A stretch of DNA of 64,000 bases from a virus (taxonomy: Duplodnaviria > Caudoviricetes), in the IMG/VR virus record IMGVR_UViG_3300033120_000868, positions 1-64,000 of that record; one strand, 5' to 3'. Below the pieces are notes generated by a model. It had not been told where the DNA came from, made no database searches, and saw only the letters and a program-made list of their open reading frames with translations. Below are positions 10,036-21,839 of the stretch, piece after piece (position 1 is the first letter of the stretch; each line of letters opens with the position of its first letter). Both the position numbers and the translations under genes were made by a program.

Positions 10036-13000
10036 AATTGTTATATTTTGATAGTGTAAAGATAGAAATAAAAATCCAATTACACAAATTAAACTTTGTC
10101 TTTTTTACTAATTTATTTTGATTCTAAATAAGGTTTTATTCTTTTACCCACAATAAACTGAAATACTCAACAAACAAATCAAAATTACTATTTTTAAATT
10201 CTGTTAATTTACAAATCCCCTCAAACTTTTTAAATAACAAACTATTATAAGGAACTCTTTTATAACCATTATCTTTTAATAAATAACCTACTTTTTCGCC
10301 GAAATTTCTATTAAACCAATCTTTTTGAAATTTGTCTTTATCTGCTTGTGTTGTTGGAATTGGTGTTACCCAATGTAAGCCAAAATCATCATAAGCATCA
10401 TAACTATTATTTTGCCCCTCAAAAGTTGCATCTTTTGGTATGTTGTTTTCTTCCATAAACTCCACCAATTGTAAAGGGTTTACGCTTAAAATACTGACAA
10501 AATGTTCTTTACCTTTTTGTGTTGGTGTTATACGTTCCATTTTTTCAAATGTTTCGTTTATTGCTTGTATTATTAAGTCTTTCATAACTTTATATTTTTA
10601 AATTCTTTCCCACTTTAAAACATTATACTTCTTACCATTGTAAAGATAAGTTTTGTTTCCGTATCTTATACGTTTATTAAGGTTTGATTCCCTTGTTATT
10701 TCTTTTCCCGCTGAATTACATACTATATTGACTTCGTGGTAAGTGTTGAAACGTTGGCGTTTTATGATTAAGTTTTCCATTACTCCTCAATTTTTTCAAT
10801 AAATTCTGTAAAACTTCTCCCCGTTGTTTTATAAAACCAATCTCCGCTATACTCTGAACCATTTGCTCCTATAAAAACAACATCTAAAAAAGTTCCTTTT
10901 GGGGTTGTTTGTGGTTCAACATAGTGGCTAACACTTGTAAATTTTTTATCTTTGTTAATTGTTCTAATACTTGTATAAAAACCTTCACTTGTTTTACTCT
11001 CTTTTGAATAAACCTTTGTATATGTTGTTTCAAAACCTAACGGAAAAACCTCTTTTATTCCGTTATGCTCTTTTATTACTCTTGCTTTCATTACATATCT
11101 TTTAAAACGTCTTTACTAAATACCTCAAATTTTAAATCCCACAAGTGCCAAAGGTTTTTAATCATTTGCTTTTTTAATAGCTTCTTTGCGGTTTTTACGT
11201 TGCAAAGTACTAAATCATCATCAAACGTTTTTATTTTAAAAACTCTTTCGTTTGTTTTTATTGTCGTTGGGATTTTTACCCCATTATATAAAGTTTGCAT
11301 AGTTAGTTAAAATTAAAAGTTCTTATTGTTCTTTCTTGTTTGTTTGGTGAAGTGCTTACAAGTTTAGTTATATTATAACCTCTTGAAGTGTGGCTTTTTG
11401 TTGCTGTTTCACTTCCTCCTAAATTTCTAAACCATTTTAAAGTTTCTTTGTTTGTTAATAAATCAAAGGTTTTAAAATCTATTACTTTGTTTTCTGTTTC
11501 AGTAGTGATAAATCGACTACCTACTTTAATTTGTTTTTGCGTTGTTAACTGAATTTCCATAACTTTAATGTTTTTGATTATTCAAAGATAATAATTATTT
11601 TTTAATATACAAACTTTTCTTTTAATTTTTTTCGCCAAAAAAAGAATAAAAAACGGATTTTATAATACGACCTCAATTCGTCCGTTAGTAAAATCTTTAT
11701 GCCTTAATACATAAATAGTTTTGAACCCTCGCTCTACTTTTGTGTAGCTAACTTTCAAGCGTTCCATTTGTTTTTTAAGTTCAGTAGAGCCGCTATATAA
11801 TAAAGCGGTTTTTGTTGCTATTTGCTCTAAAGTGTCATTATCTTCAAAGATGATGTTTTCTATTGACATAACTATATTTTTATAAGTTCTACTTCTTTAA
11901 TGTCTAAATAAACCAAATCTTCATCGCCTGAAATGATAATACAATTTTTACTATGTGATAAAGTAATAGTACAACTATGTATTTCGTTTATATAGTCTGA
12001 GTAATCGTATATATTATCTCTCACATAATCTTTTATATTTGCTACTGATTCCGTTTCAAATATTTGAGGGAATTTATAACCGTTTGTATGTTGTAATTGG
12101 TATAGTGCCATAACTATTAATTTAAAAAGATTTCTATTCCGTTAATGTTTGCCGTTTTGTAGTTGGCTTGTTTTCTTACTTTTTTTGCCCCGCAAAAATA
12201 AATAATGTAGTTAAATATTATCATAAACGTCTAATAAATTGAAAGTAAAACTATTAAGATTATAATCAAATAAGATACTTTTTTCTACTTCAATTTTTAA
12301 ATTAGGGTATTTTCGTATAATTTCACTAGGGCAAGAATTTGCCACTTTAAAACTGATTTGCTGACAACTTCCCTTAAATATAATACCTTCAGGGACTAAC
12401 TTTTTAGCGCTTTTTAAATTTTTAGTTGTCCCTTTCAAAAAAGAAGTTGAACTATTAAAAATTCCTGATTGATTCCTAACTGCAATTGTTTTATAAATTT
12501 TTTCCATCTCTGTTAAAATTAAATTGAATATATTTCAGAAGTTCTACAAAATTGTTTTGTTAACTTATTGTACCAAAAACCTTTGGTTATTTTCTCAAAA
12601 CCTTGTTTTTTTAGCTCTGTAATTGCTTTTATATAGTCTTTTTTAGTATTAAAAATAATACTTTCGTTTTCATCTATTTTATACCCAAACATAACTATTT
12701 ATTTTTAAAATTAAAACCCGTTTTTAATGTTACAATAATTCTCTAAAATCCCGCAAAGGAATAAAAAACCGATAAAAATAACAATACAATAAAATCTATA
12801 TTGTTTAGTATTCAAATAACCATTAGTAGCAAGGTATTCAATAAAGAAAAAACCGCTAACTAAAACCACTAATAAAAAGATGATTAAAGCCATATTAAAA
12901 TCTTTTTATTTTTGCCCCGAAAAAAGATAAAAAACGGAATTAAATTAATACTCTTTGTAAATTAAAACGCTTTCAATTAAGTTAATATTACTTTGTATAA

Positions 13001-13130
13001 TATCGCTTTCAATAGGGTTTTTAATATAATCTATATTACACGCCCAATCTTGAAATTTATACAATTCAGCAATTAAACTTTCTTTTCTTAATTGCTTAAC
13101 TTCTTCTAATGTTAGTTTATTTATAATCAT

Positions 13131-13844
13131 TTTAAATAAGGTTTTAATTGTTATTGTTTCAATTTGTTAAGACAAAGATACAACTTATTTTTTAATAACC
13201 AAACTTTTTCTGAAATTTAGAAACAATCTAAATAAGTATTGTTTTGGCTTACATTAAAAAAGAACGTTGTTTCATTTGAACAGTACAAAGATAGAATAAT
13301 AAATTTAATAAACAATACAAAATAAATTTTTTTATTTAAAAAGATTTTCGTATAATACGTACGCATACACGTACATTATATAAAAACGTCAAAAGAAAAT
13401 AAAATAAGGTTAAAAACTAAAATAAGCCATTTTAAGGCACTTTTATAAGTACAAATGTATCATAACATCAAAAACAAAAGATAATCGAACAGCGACAATA
13501 TTTTGAATATGCAAATAATTTATGTTAAAATTTTCGGCGCAAAAGAAAATAATTAAAAAACAAATAAAAACTGTAATAAATAATAAGTCTAAATAAGAAT
13601 AAAAACCCTATACAAAAAATAAACGAATAAAACAAACATAAACAATAATTTATAATGAAAATAAATAACATAAATAAAATGTTAAAATACTTTGAAAATT
13701 CAATAAGTCATATAAGCTCAGTAAAACGACTTTAATATAAGAGTAGGGGGCTACATCGGAATAGCTTTTGGGGGTATACGGGTTTATAGCTAGTCCACCC
13801 ACTCAGGAGTACGAATAACTAATTTTTAAAAACAAAAAAGGGCA
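13131..13844. promoter_or_regulatory. long non-coding control region (tandem promoters, operators, GC-rich inverted repeat)
   Basis: no ORF; leftward promoters at ~13173 and ~13286; GAGTAGGGGGCTA...TAGTCCACCCACTC at 13741-13804. Confidence 0.6.
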
Positions 13845-14924
13845 TCAAACGACACCCTTAAAAGTTTTGTACTCGATAATATTATTCAGCGTATAATCAG
13901 AACAGTTATATTTTTCTCTGTGTAAATTCCAATCAAAAGAATTACTTCTTATAAATCTAACATCTTCTTCACTTAAATTCAGACTTCTTAAAATATTTTC
14001 CTCCTTAGTAATAAATCTACAATTTTCAGGATAATAACCCTTAGTAGGGTCTATCCTATCTATTTCTAACTTTTCATTTCCTTTTATTCCTTGAGATAAA
14101 ACCCAATCTAAAAATCCTTCTAACGTTTTAAAAGAGCCTTCTGTTTTTATTCCTTTTGCCCCGTAAGTTGGATACGATGAACAGGTTGTGTCAAAACACC
14201 TTTTGTTCATAGCTCTATAAATATTGTAAAACTTATTTTTTATTTTTTGGACATATTGTAAATACAAAGAATTTATATTTAAGTCTCCACAAACTCTAAG
14301 ATAACTGTTATCATACTCTCCTATAAAAGTTAAATACATTTCTGTTCTTATACAAATGTGCTTCTTATCTTTTCTTACTTCGTGCTTATCTTTAGCTTGT
14401 ATATAAACCTGAGATTCATAATGAAATAATCTCCCTAGTGTGCTTATATAATACTTTGGGTAGTTTATAGATTGTTTCCATTGTTCTTCTTCTGTGTCTG
14501 TTGGTATTATCTTTTCTTTTTTAGTTTTTTCTTCGCGGATTTTTCCTTGACAACCACAGCTTTTAGAAGCTCCTGTTTTTAAAGACTGCAAACTAACTTC
14601 TTTATGCTTTCCACAAACGCATTCTACTTCAAAAGCTCTGTCTAATTTTTTACCATCTTTAAAATAACCATCTGTCTCTCTAATAACCTTCCAAAGACCA
14701 AAAGAGTCTCCTGGGCTAACTTCTGTTTTAGTTGGGGCTAAACATCCACAAGATTTTTGATTATTTCTGATAATTTGTCTTAGTAGTATTTCTTTTGTGT
14801 TACCACAATCACATTTACAAACAACAGACCTTCTTTTTTGTTTACCTTCATAAAGACCGTTACCGTCTTCTAATACTGTCAACATTCCAAACTTGACACC
14901 ATCATAATTTACTTTTTCATTCAT
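13845..14924 (-). CDS. HNH-like homing endonuclease with tandem CxCG...KSCGC repeats
   Basis: two CKCDCG/CVCG...KSCGC modules; C-terminal LEIDRID...GY.PENCRF.T HNH-like core; start at MNEKVN. Confidence 0.8.
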   Translation of the reverse strand: MNEKVNYDGVKFGMLTVLEDGNGLYEGKQKRRSVVCKCDCGNTKEILLRQIIRNNQKSCGCLAPTKTEVSPGDSFGLWKVIRETDGYFKDGKKLDRAFEVECVCGKHKEVSLQSLKTGASKSCGCQGKIREEKTKKEKIIPTDTEEEQWKQSINYPKYYISTLGRLFHYESQVYIQAKDKHEVRKDKKHICIRTEMYLTFIGEYDNSYLRVCGDLNINSLYLQYVQKIKNKFYNIYRAMNKRCFDTTCSSYPTYGAKGIKTEGSFKTLEGFLDWVLSQGIKGNEKLEIDRIDPTKGYYPENCRFITKEENILRSLNLSEEDVRFIRSNSFDWNLHREKYNCSDYTLNNIIEYKTFKGVV

Positions 14925-15053
14925 AATTAAAAACAATAATGCCCCCAATACAAGACCGCCAAGTACAAGTAGAGAGGGCAATTATTAAAATTTTCTATCT
15001 TGGCGGATTTAAATACAAAGATACTAAATTATATTCAATCTACAAAATTAGTT

Positions 15054-15080
15054 AAACCCTCCTGTAAATTAGGAGTTTTT
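15054..15080 (-). terminator. probable intrinsic terminator
   Basis: CTCCT-GTAAATT-AGGAG hairpin with A/T flanks. Confidence 0.45.
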
Positions 15081-15336
15081 ATTTATTGTCTTCGAGACAC
15101 ATTCATACTTCACTTACAGGTTGCCAAGTTGCTTCTGATAATCTTTCCGCTTTTTGATAAATGACTTCCTCTGTGTTTATGAGGTTGATAATATAATCCT
15201 GTTGGTACATGTTTTACTTTATATGGTTTCATAATAAATATCTGTTTTAATAAATGGATAAAACTTATATAATCTAATTATAATTTCTTTTTTATCAGTG
15301 TATAGATGAATAGTTTTCCACTTTTTATTTCTTATT

Positions 15337-18300
15337 TTAAATTTTATTCTCATTTAAATAATAATTTTCTACTTCTGACATTTCTTTTAAATATTTTTTC
15401 TCTAATTGTTTTATTCGCCCGACCAAAGAAAAGGTATCTTTATCATCTTCTCTAGGTATGTTTAAGCTATCTAAATACATGTGGACACATTCCACCTCTT
15501 CTTCATAGTAATTTTCCACAATAAAGTTGTTTTTGCATAATAAACTTAATAGGTTTATTGTGTGGTTTTAGGTTTATTGTAACTTTTCTAATATTTCTTG
15601 CCTTTCTTTTTCAAACTCCTCTTTTTCAATCTTTTTGCCCGATTTTCCCAAAATAAAAGCTTCAAATTTGTATGGTAATTCTTCTTGGTCAACTATGAAA
15701 TCTTTTCTCACTCTGATTCCATAAGGACTTGCATAATTTTCAATAGATTCTAAAACATAGTCAAAACCTTCATCCTCTTCTAAAACTATTTTATGATAAC
15801 TGCCTTCATAACATTCAAAATAATATGTTCCTGGAAGTAATTCTATCTCTTCTGTCACTACTTCTTTTTTCTTAGTTATTTTCATATTTCGGTTTCTTTT
15901 TCGGCGATTCCTAAAATAGGATTTATAAATTTATCATATACTAATATCTGTATAATCTCCCAACCTTCAACTTCAGCGTTAGCTCCGCTATCTTTAAATA
16001 CCCATCCAAAAGAGTCCCACCCTGTTTTTGACAACTCAGTTTCATACCACTGCTGTTCTACTATCCTAACTTCTGTTATTTTCATAAACTATTTATTAAT
16101 TCTTCTTTTGTGGAGAAAATATTTAACTCTTCTAATGTATCATCTAACAAATACTGAACATCAAATAATTTTGGAAAAGTATAATACACCTTTTGTTCAC
16201 CTTTTTTAGCATCATAGCTCAATTCTATTTTAAAAGGTTTGTCTTTTCTCGGCTTATTATTATACATAAACCAAACATCTTGATTTAAATTATATTTAGT
16301 TTCTATGTTCATAATTCTTTATAAAGTTTTGTTATTTGTTTTTGAAGGATGTCTATTTCTTTTTTCTTCTGTTTATAGTTTTTTCGCGCGATTTTAAACT
16401 GTTCTATTTCTTCTTTTGTGGCGAAACGAAAAACAATAGAATCTTCCATATCTAAACTGTAAGTTCCATCATAACCTTTGTAATCTTCTAATCTAAAATA
16501 TCCCCACTTATCATTCCACTTTCTAACTTTAAAAACACCTGTTCCTGAAGTGAAGTTAATATAATACTCACACCATCGTTTCCCTTTTACAGCATATTCT
16601 TCTGTATGTTTTACTACGTAACTTCCTTCTTTTACTTTACTGAAGTCTATAGGTTCAGGTTGATTTTCATAAAACTCTTTTGCTTTAGAATAGTCTTGAA
16701 CTTTATAAGGTTTTTCTTTTCGGATTTTTCTAATTAAGAGTGCCACTTGATTCCTCACCCAACTGTTTTTTCTTTTGTAAGTGTTTTTAGTAACTCTTAA
16801 TATTACTTCTGCGTCTGCGTTTTTTGGTATTCCTATTTTATCTCTTTGTCGCCACAGAAAAATGAGGTTTCTAATGTGTGTTGTTAATTTCATAATTTAA
16901 TTAGGGTAGTTTTTCCAAATTTTTTCTAAATGTTTCCAAGTGTTAGGTATTAATGAGTCGTTGTAAAAACAATCAATATTTGTTTCATCATAATAGTGAA
17001 CAGAAGAAAGTCTTTTACACTCTTCTAACCAAACATCTCCAAGGTAATTCATTAAAGCTTGTCCTTCTCTTATAAATTCAGGTTTATTTGGGAGAATGTC
17101 TTCTTCAAAGTTTTTTCTAAATTTTTTATATTTCATATTGCGATATACGTTTTATTTTATACGTAATGTGGTACGTAGTAAAGTTTAATATCTGTTATTT
17201 TTATTTCTGACTCAGGATATAATTTCATAAATTCTGCATAGATTATAGCTTGAGAACGAAAAGTGTTTAATTCAACTTCTTTGATTTCATCTTCATACCA
17301 ATCACCCCTATTACCAAGTTCTATAATCTGACCAAAAAAAGTGTAATTTCCATTCATACCATCCGTTAAAAACATTATCTTTCCGCTGTCTTTTTTGTTA
17401 AAATATTCTGTTTCTTCTCTAAAATCTTTTCCCCAATATTCCTTAGTAAAATCTCCATCAAATTTTAATCCGTAGATTAAATAAGTTTCTTTACTTACAC
17501 TCATAATCTTTCTAATTGTTTATTCAACCTATCTATATCTGCTTTTATTCTTTCTTTCTCGGCGATTTTATCACGCTCAATTCTTTTCAGTTCTTTTTGA
17601 ATTTTTTCCTCTACCCAAACATCAAGCTCTTGGTCAGTCATTGTTAACAACTTTTTAGGCATGTAGAAAATATCATCGTTGTAATCGTTTTCATACGGCA
17701 CAGGGTCATAGTTAAAAACCTCTACGTATTCTTTCTCTACTTTAAAAGAAAAATAATTTAAAAAGTTTTCAAAATCAGATGGAACATAGTAAGAACGAGA
17801 GTTCAATAAGTAAACGTACAAATCTTGCTCGTGCATTTTATCTTGCTCTTCAGATACTTTAGTTATTATCTGCCAAATTCTATGTAAATTTAATTGTTCC
17901 ATTTTTATTTTGAATTTTTAGTTAAAGCTTTTATTAAGTCTTCTATATCAACAACTGTAAAAAATCTAACACCGTAGAAATCATCTAAAATAAACTTATT
18001 TTCTCTAAATCTTATAATTAAATCATCTCCTTTACCTGTTTTTTGATTTATTCTCATAATTGCATAATCAAACCCCCAAAACCTGTCCATTCCTACATTT
18101 TGTGAAGGCTCTTGCCATTTTACAATTTCAAAACCTAACTTAATAAGTTCTTCTTCATTTAACTTTATCATATTACTTTATTTATTTCCCTTTTATACAT
18201 TCCCCACATGTTACTCACAGCTTCTTGCTCTGTACTACCTACTGCTTGTATACCTAAACCATTGCTAAATTTTACGTAAGCTGTAAACATATTTCCTATT

Positions 18301-18968
18301 TTATTTATTTGAATATTCATCTAACGCTTTTTTAAATTCTTTCTCCGCCAACTCAACTCTGTTTTTTAATTCTTCTAAATGTTTTTCTTCCGCTTCTTTT
18401 CTTTCCTGCGGGCTTAAAATATATTTCGCCAAAGAAATATTAACAGATTGATTACTTAAACAGAAGTCATACCAAGAGATTAACTGCTCAAAAGTAATAT
18501 CTAATTTATAACAAGTTAAAATAGTATCAAAACTGAAGAAATAATCCCCATAGTTTAAAACTCCACCAACATCATTTGAAACCCACCAATAGTCAGGATT
18601 TATGTCGTCGAAGTAATCGTATAAAAATTGTTCTGTTAGTTTATTTGTTAAACTTTCCCAATTAAATATATCTTCGCGTATAATATTTATTCTTTCCATT
18701 TTAAAAATTTATTTATCTCTAACCAACCTAAAAGAGTTGAAATTTCATCATTTGTGTGTAATAACTTACCTTCAAATATAGTTGTTTCAAAACCTCTGTT
18801 ATCTTTCCAATATATAATCATAGTCTCTCTTTGATAATCTTGCTCTATGATTAATTTTTTATCGTCTCCTGAAGACACTCCTAACCATTTCTTTTTTGAA
18901 GTGTAGATAGTGTCAAAGGTATCTTTTTCAAAATGCTGTTCAAATACTTTCATTTTATTAGTCCTCAA
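15337..18968 (-). other. operon of ~12 small hypothetical genes
   Basis: coupled ATGA stop/start overlaps (15885/15882, 16085/16082, 16312/16309, 17504/17501). Confidence 0.75.
16309..16893 (-). CDS. hypothetical protein
   Basis: 194-aa ORF containing the R.AT.EEI motif common in phage proteins. Confidence 0.7.
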   Translation of the reverse strand: MKLTTHIRNLIFLWRQRDKIGIPKNADAEVILRVTKNTYKRKNSWVRNQVALLIRKIRKEKPYKVQDYSKAKEFYENQPEPIDFSKVKEGSYVVKHTEEYAVKGKRWCEYYINFTSGTGVFKVRKWNDKWGYFRLEDYKGYDGTYSLDMEDSIVFRFATKEEIEQFKIARKNYKQKKKEIDILQKQITKLYKEL

Positions 18969-19226
18969 AAGTGTAAATTATATTATTTATCTTATAAAGT
19001 TTTTGTCCGCCACTTTCTTGTTCTATAACGGCGTTCGTCTTTATAAACCTACCTACAGAGTCGTCTACTAATAGTTTGATATCTTCTCCGTTTATGTCTT
19101 TAGTTGTAAGTATCATCTGTTCTATATACTATCATTATTATATCTCTTCTGCAAATATACAATTTATTTTTATAATTACAAACTTATTTTTGTTAAAATA
19201 TACTTAAAAACAAAAGCCACCCTAAA

Positions 19227-19457
19227 TTAGGATGGCTCTGAGTATAATAAACTATCTTGTCTTAATAAGTAGAAGATTTTTCCGTCTTCTTTTTTAATTT
19301 CTTCTGCTCCGTTCAATCTGAAGAACATTTCTTTTCCTATTAAGTCTTTTAAGTAAGTGTCGCAATCATCAGCAACAGCTTCTAAAATCGCTTTCTTAGA
19401 TGTGTCTAAAATATCATCCGTTTTAGATACTATAATTAATTTATTGTATGGTTTCAT
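19227..19457 (-). CDS. groES: GroES-like co-chaperonin (short, mobile loop reduced)
   Basis: MKPYNKLIIV...AV......G..MF....A.EI..DG..FYLLRQDSLL pattern; overlaps the groEL stop. Confidence 0.65.
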   Translation of the reverse strand: MKPYNKLIIVSKTDDILDTSKKAILEAVADDCDTYLKDLIGKEMFFRLNGAEEIKKEDGKIFYLLRQDSLLYSEPS

Positions 19458-20980
19458 TTAGGGTCTTCATTTAAAATTAAAACTTCTGTTGTAAAAATAA
19501 CAGTAGAAACTGATATTGCATTCTCTAAAGCACTTTTTGTAACGCGAGCTGAATCTACAACTCCTGCCTTAAATAAATCTACCACTTTTCTTTTTCTAAC
19601 ATCAATTCCTTTACCATAAGATAACTTTTTTGGAGGTTCAATTTTAGCATTAGAAAGAATCTGTAACATTGGGGCTTTAATAGCCTCTAAAAGAATTTTA
19701 CCACCCACTGATTTCACTTTTGATTTTAGTTTGTCAGAGATATAAAACAATGTTGTCCCTCCTCCTGCAATAAAACCTCCACGAATAGCAGACTTAACAG
19801 CTAATACTGAATCGTCAACTCTATCCTTACGTTCTTTAATTTCCATATCTGTTGCTCCACCTACTGTGATTTCAGCAACGGCTGCTTGTAAGTTAGAAAT
19901 ACGTTTTAAAATAAAATCTTTTTCAAATTCATCTGATTCTTCAGCAATAGCTTTTAATTCTAATACTCGCTCTTGAATTTTAGGATTAACTCCTTCAGGA
20001 ATTAAAACTGTTTGGTTTTGGTCTGAGAAAACTTCTTTAACTTCTCCAAACTTATAATCTGAATTAGAAACTCGCAAATCTAAAGCTCTTGCACCTGTAA
20101 CTAAACAGATATCTTCTAAAGCTTCATCTTTTCTACCGTTTCCATAGTCGTTGTTGATTGTGACTGAAACTCTTGCGTTACCTGCTTGACGTGCTTTAAC
20201 AATTACTTTCATAACCCCTTCATCCACATCATCTGCCATAATTAATAAAGCTTTTCCTGAAGCCATACAGTTTGATAAGGGTGCATGGATTTGGTTTACA
20301 TCCTCAATTTTTCCGCGAACAATTAAGATATTAACTCCGCCTAAAAAATTCAAACTGTTTGGTTTATCACTATCAGCAAAATAAGGTAGTGCCATTCCGC
20401 GTTCTACAACAAGTCCTTGAACTTTAGTTGCCACCGTTTTTTTACCAACACCTTCTTTCACTGTAATAGCTACATCATCTCCAAGCTCTTCATACAAGTC
20501 TGCAATTAACTTTCCAAGTTCTTCATCTCCATTAGCGGAAATTGTAGCAATATATTTTTTATTTTGGTAATTTGTTTTTCTTGTTAATTTATCAAGTTCT
20601 TTTAAAATAAGTGAGTGTGTTTCATGTATTTCTTTATTTAAAGCTACGTGAGAATAATCTTCTAAAGCCTTAAAACCTCCGTTAACTAAGGCTTGAGTAA
20701 GCACAGAAACCGAAGTTGTTCCGTCTCCTTCTTTTTTTGCAACATTCCCAGCAGCTTGTTTTACAATTTTAACGCCCATCTCTTCAAAAGAATCTCTTCC
20801 ATAAACTGCATCTACGGCTGTAACACCATCTTTTGTAGCATAAGGCATTAAATCTAAAGCTCTTTCAATAAAAACTGTTTTACCCTCTGCACCCATAGTA
20901 ACTTTAGCAATGTCAGCTACTAAATTTACGCCGTCAATTAGCTTTTTCTTAGCATCTACACCTGTTAAAATTCTACTCAT
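19454..20980 (-). CDS. groEL: phage chaperonin GroEL
   Basis: TKDGVT, GDGTTS, ATISANGD, VGGAT..EIKERKDRV.D and GGG motifs. Confidence 0.96.
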   Translation of the reverse strand: MSRILTGVDAKKKLIDGVNLVADIAKVTMGAEGKTVFIERALDLMPYATKDGVTAVDAVYGRDSFEEMGVKIVKQAAGNVAKKEGDGTTSVSVLTQALVNGGFKALEDYSHVALNKEIHETHSLILKELDKLTRKTNYQNKKYIATISANGDEELGKLIADLYEELGDDVAITVKEGVGKKTVATKVQGLVVERGMALPYFADSDKPNSLNFLGGVNILIVRGKIEDVNQIHAPLSNCMASGKALLIMADDVDEGVMKVIVKARQAGNARVSVTINNDYGNGRKDEALEDICLVTGARALDLRVSNSDYKFGEVKEVFSDQNQTVLIPEGVNPKIQERVLELKAIAEESDEFEKDFILKRISNLQAAVAEITVGGATDMEIKERKDRVDDSVLAVKSAIRGGFIAGGGTTLFYISDKLKSKVKSVGGKILLEAIKAPMLQILSNAKIEPPKKLSYGKGIDVRKRKVVDLFKAGVVDSARVTKSALENAISVSTVIFTTEVLILNEDPK

Positions 20981-21125
20981 TTAATTTATATTTAATTTTT
21001 CTAACAATTCTTTATGTGCTTGATAAGCTTTAATAAATAACTTTTTATCTTTTTCCCACTCACCTGACGCTCCTGGTAATAACATCTCTAAATCCCCTGC
21101 CTCTAAGAATGCGTCATATTGTAAT

Positions 21126-21374
21126 TTAGCTTCTTTGTCCATCTTGTAAATATTGTTTATCTTTTAATATTGCATATAACTGTCCATAATCATCATTATC
21201 TAATTGTGAAATCCCTTTTTCAATTGGAATAACTACTTTGTCTTTACCCATTACGGCGCGAAAACAATCATAAGTAGTCCACTCATTTGTATCGTGATTA
21301 AAAATCTTTTCTTTAGAAAAGGCGAGAAATGAACATTCCCGCCCCAATCCTTTTTTAATTAGCTTTAACATCAA
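21126..21374 (-). CDS. hypothetical protein
   Basis: 82-aa ORF in operon. Confidence 0.55.
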   Translation of the reverse strand: MMLKLIKKGLGRECSFLAFSKEKIFNHDTNEWTTYDCFRAVMGKDKVVIPIEKGISQLDNDDYGQLYAILKDKQYLQDGQRS

Positions 21375-21738
21375 TCAATTCATTAATAGGTTTTGCAACT
21401 CCTTCAGTAATATTTCTCAAATGAATATCTAATAAAAGCTCTTGAGCCATTAGCATTTCCTGAGTAAGTTTTGTAGGGTCGTAGCTTATTTTAAGATTAC
21501 TTGGATTAAAAGTCTCTCCTATGTTTGTAATTTGTCTTACTTTTCCATAAGCAATATCCTCTTTAGAAGGGTTTTCAACAGTATTGCCTTCTGTGTCTAA
21601 CCATTCAGTTCTCTCTTCAAAAACTCTTATAGTTGCATTTTCAATTCCTTGTTCTACCGCAACTTTTAGTAAGTTTAATTCTTTTGCTTTAATTGTTACA
21701 AGCTCTTCGCCTGTGTACGAATATTCGTGTGGATTCAT
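21355..21738 (-). CDS. hypothetical protein
   Basis: 127-aa ORF. Confidence 0.7.
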   Translation of the reverse strand: MNPHEYSYTGEELVTIKAKELNLLKVAVEQGIENATIRVFEERTEWLDTEGNTVENPSKEDIAYGKVRQITNIGETFNPSNLKISYDPTKLTQEMLMAQELLLDIHLRNITEGVAKPINELIDVKAN

Positions 21739-21756
21739 TTTTTTGTTTTTAAGTTA

Positions 21757-21816
21757 ATCTCCCACTCAAAAGAGCTTTAACTCTCGCCAGGGAAATGCCC
21801 TAGCCTTGTGGGAGAT
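21757..21816 (-). other. structured intergenic element (three-way junction or terminator)
   Basis: ATCTCCCAC/GTGGGAGAT 9-bp closing stem enclosing two hairpins. Confidence 0.5.
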
Positions 21817-21839
21817 GTTTTATTTATGTTAAATTTATG

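Larger units (their letters stand above)
2265..13130 (-). other. block of ~35-40 tightly packed small hypothetical genes (early, host-takeover-type region)
   Basis: 60-150 aa minus-strand ORFs abutting each other with AATT-ATG leaders and frequent host-type promoters; no recognisable family motifs. Confidence 0.75.

Noticed and set aside
441-11310. Plus-strand ORFs in the early region (441, 2201, 3046, 3572, 4117, 4786, 9162, 11065)
   Set aside because: Antisense shadows of better minus-strand genes or spanning hairpin sites; F/L/I-rich composition and no promoter or leader.
14925-14981. Hydrophobic N-terminal extension (apparent signal peptide) on the HNH protein
   Set aside because: It is the translation of the leader hairpin from a TTG; the ATG at 14924 has the typical AATT leader.
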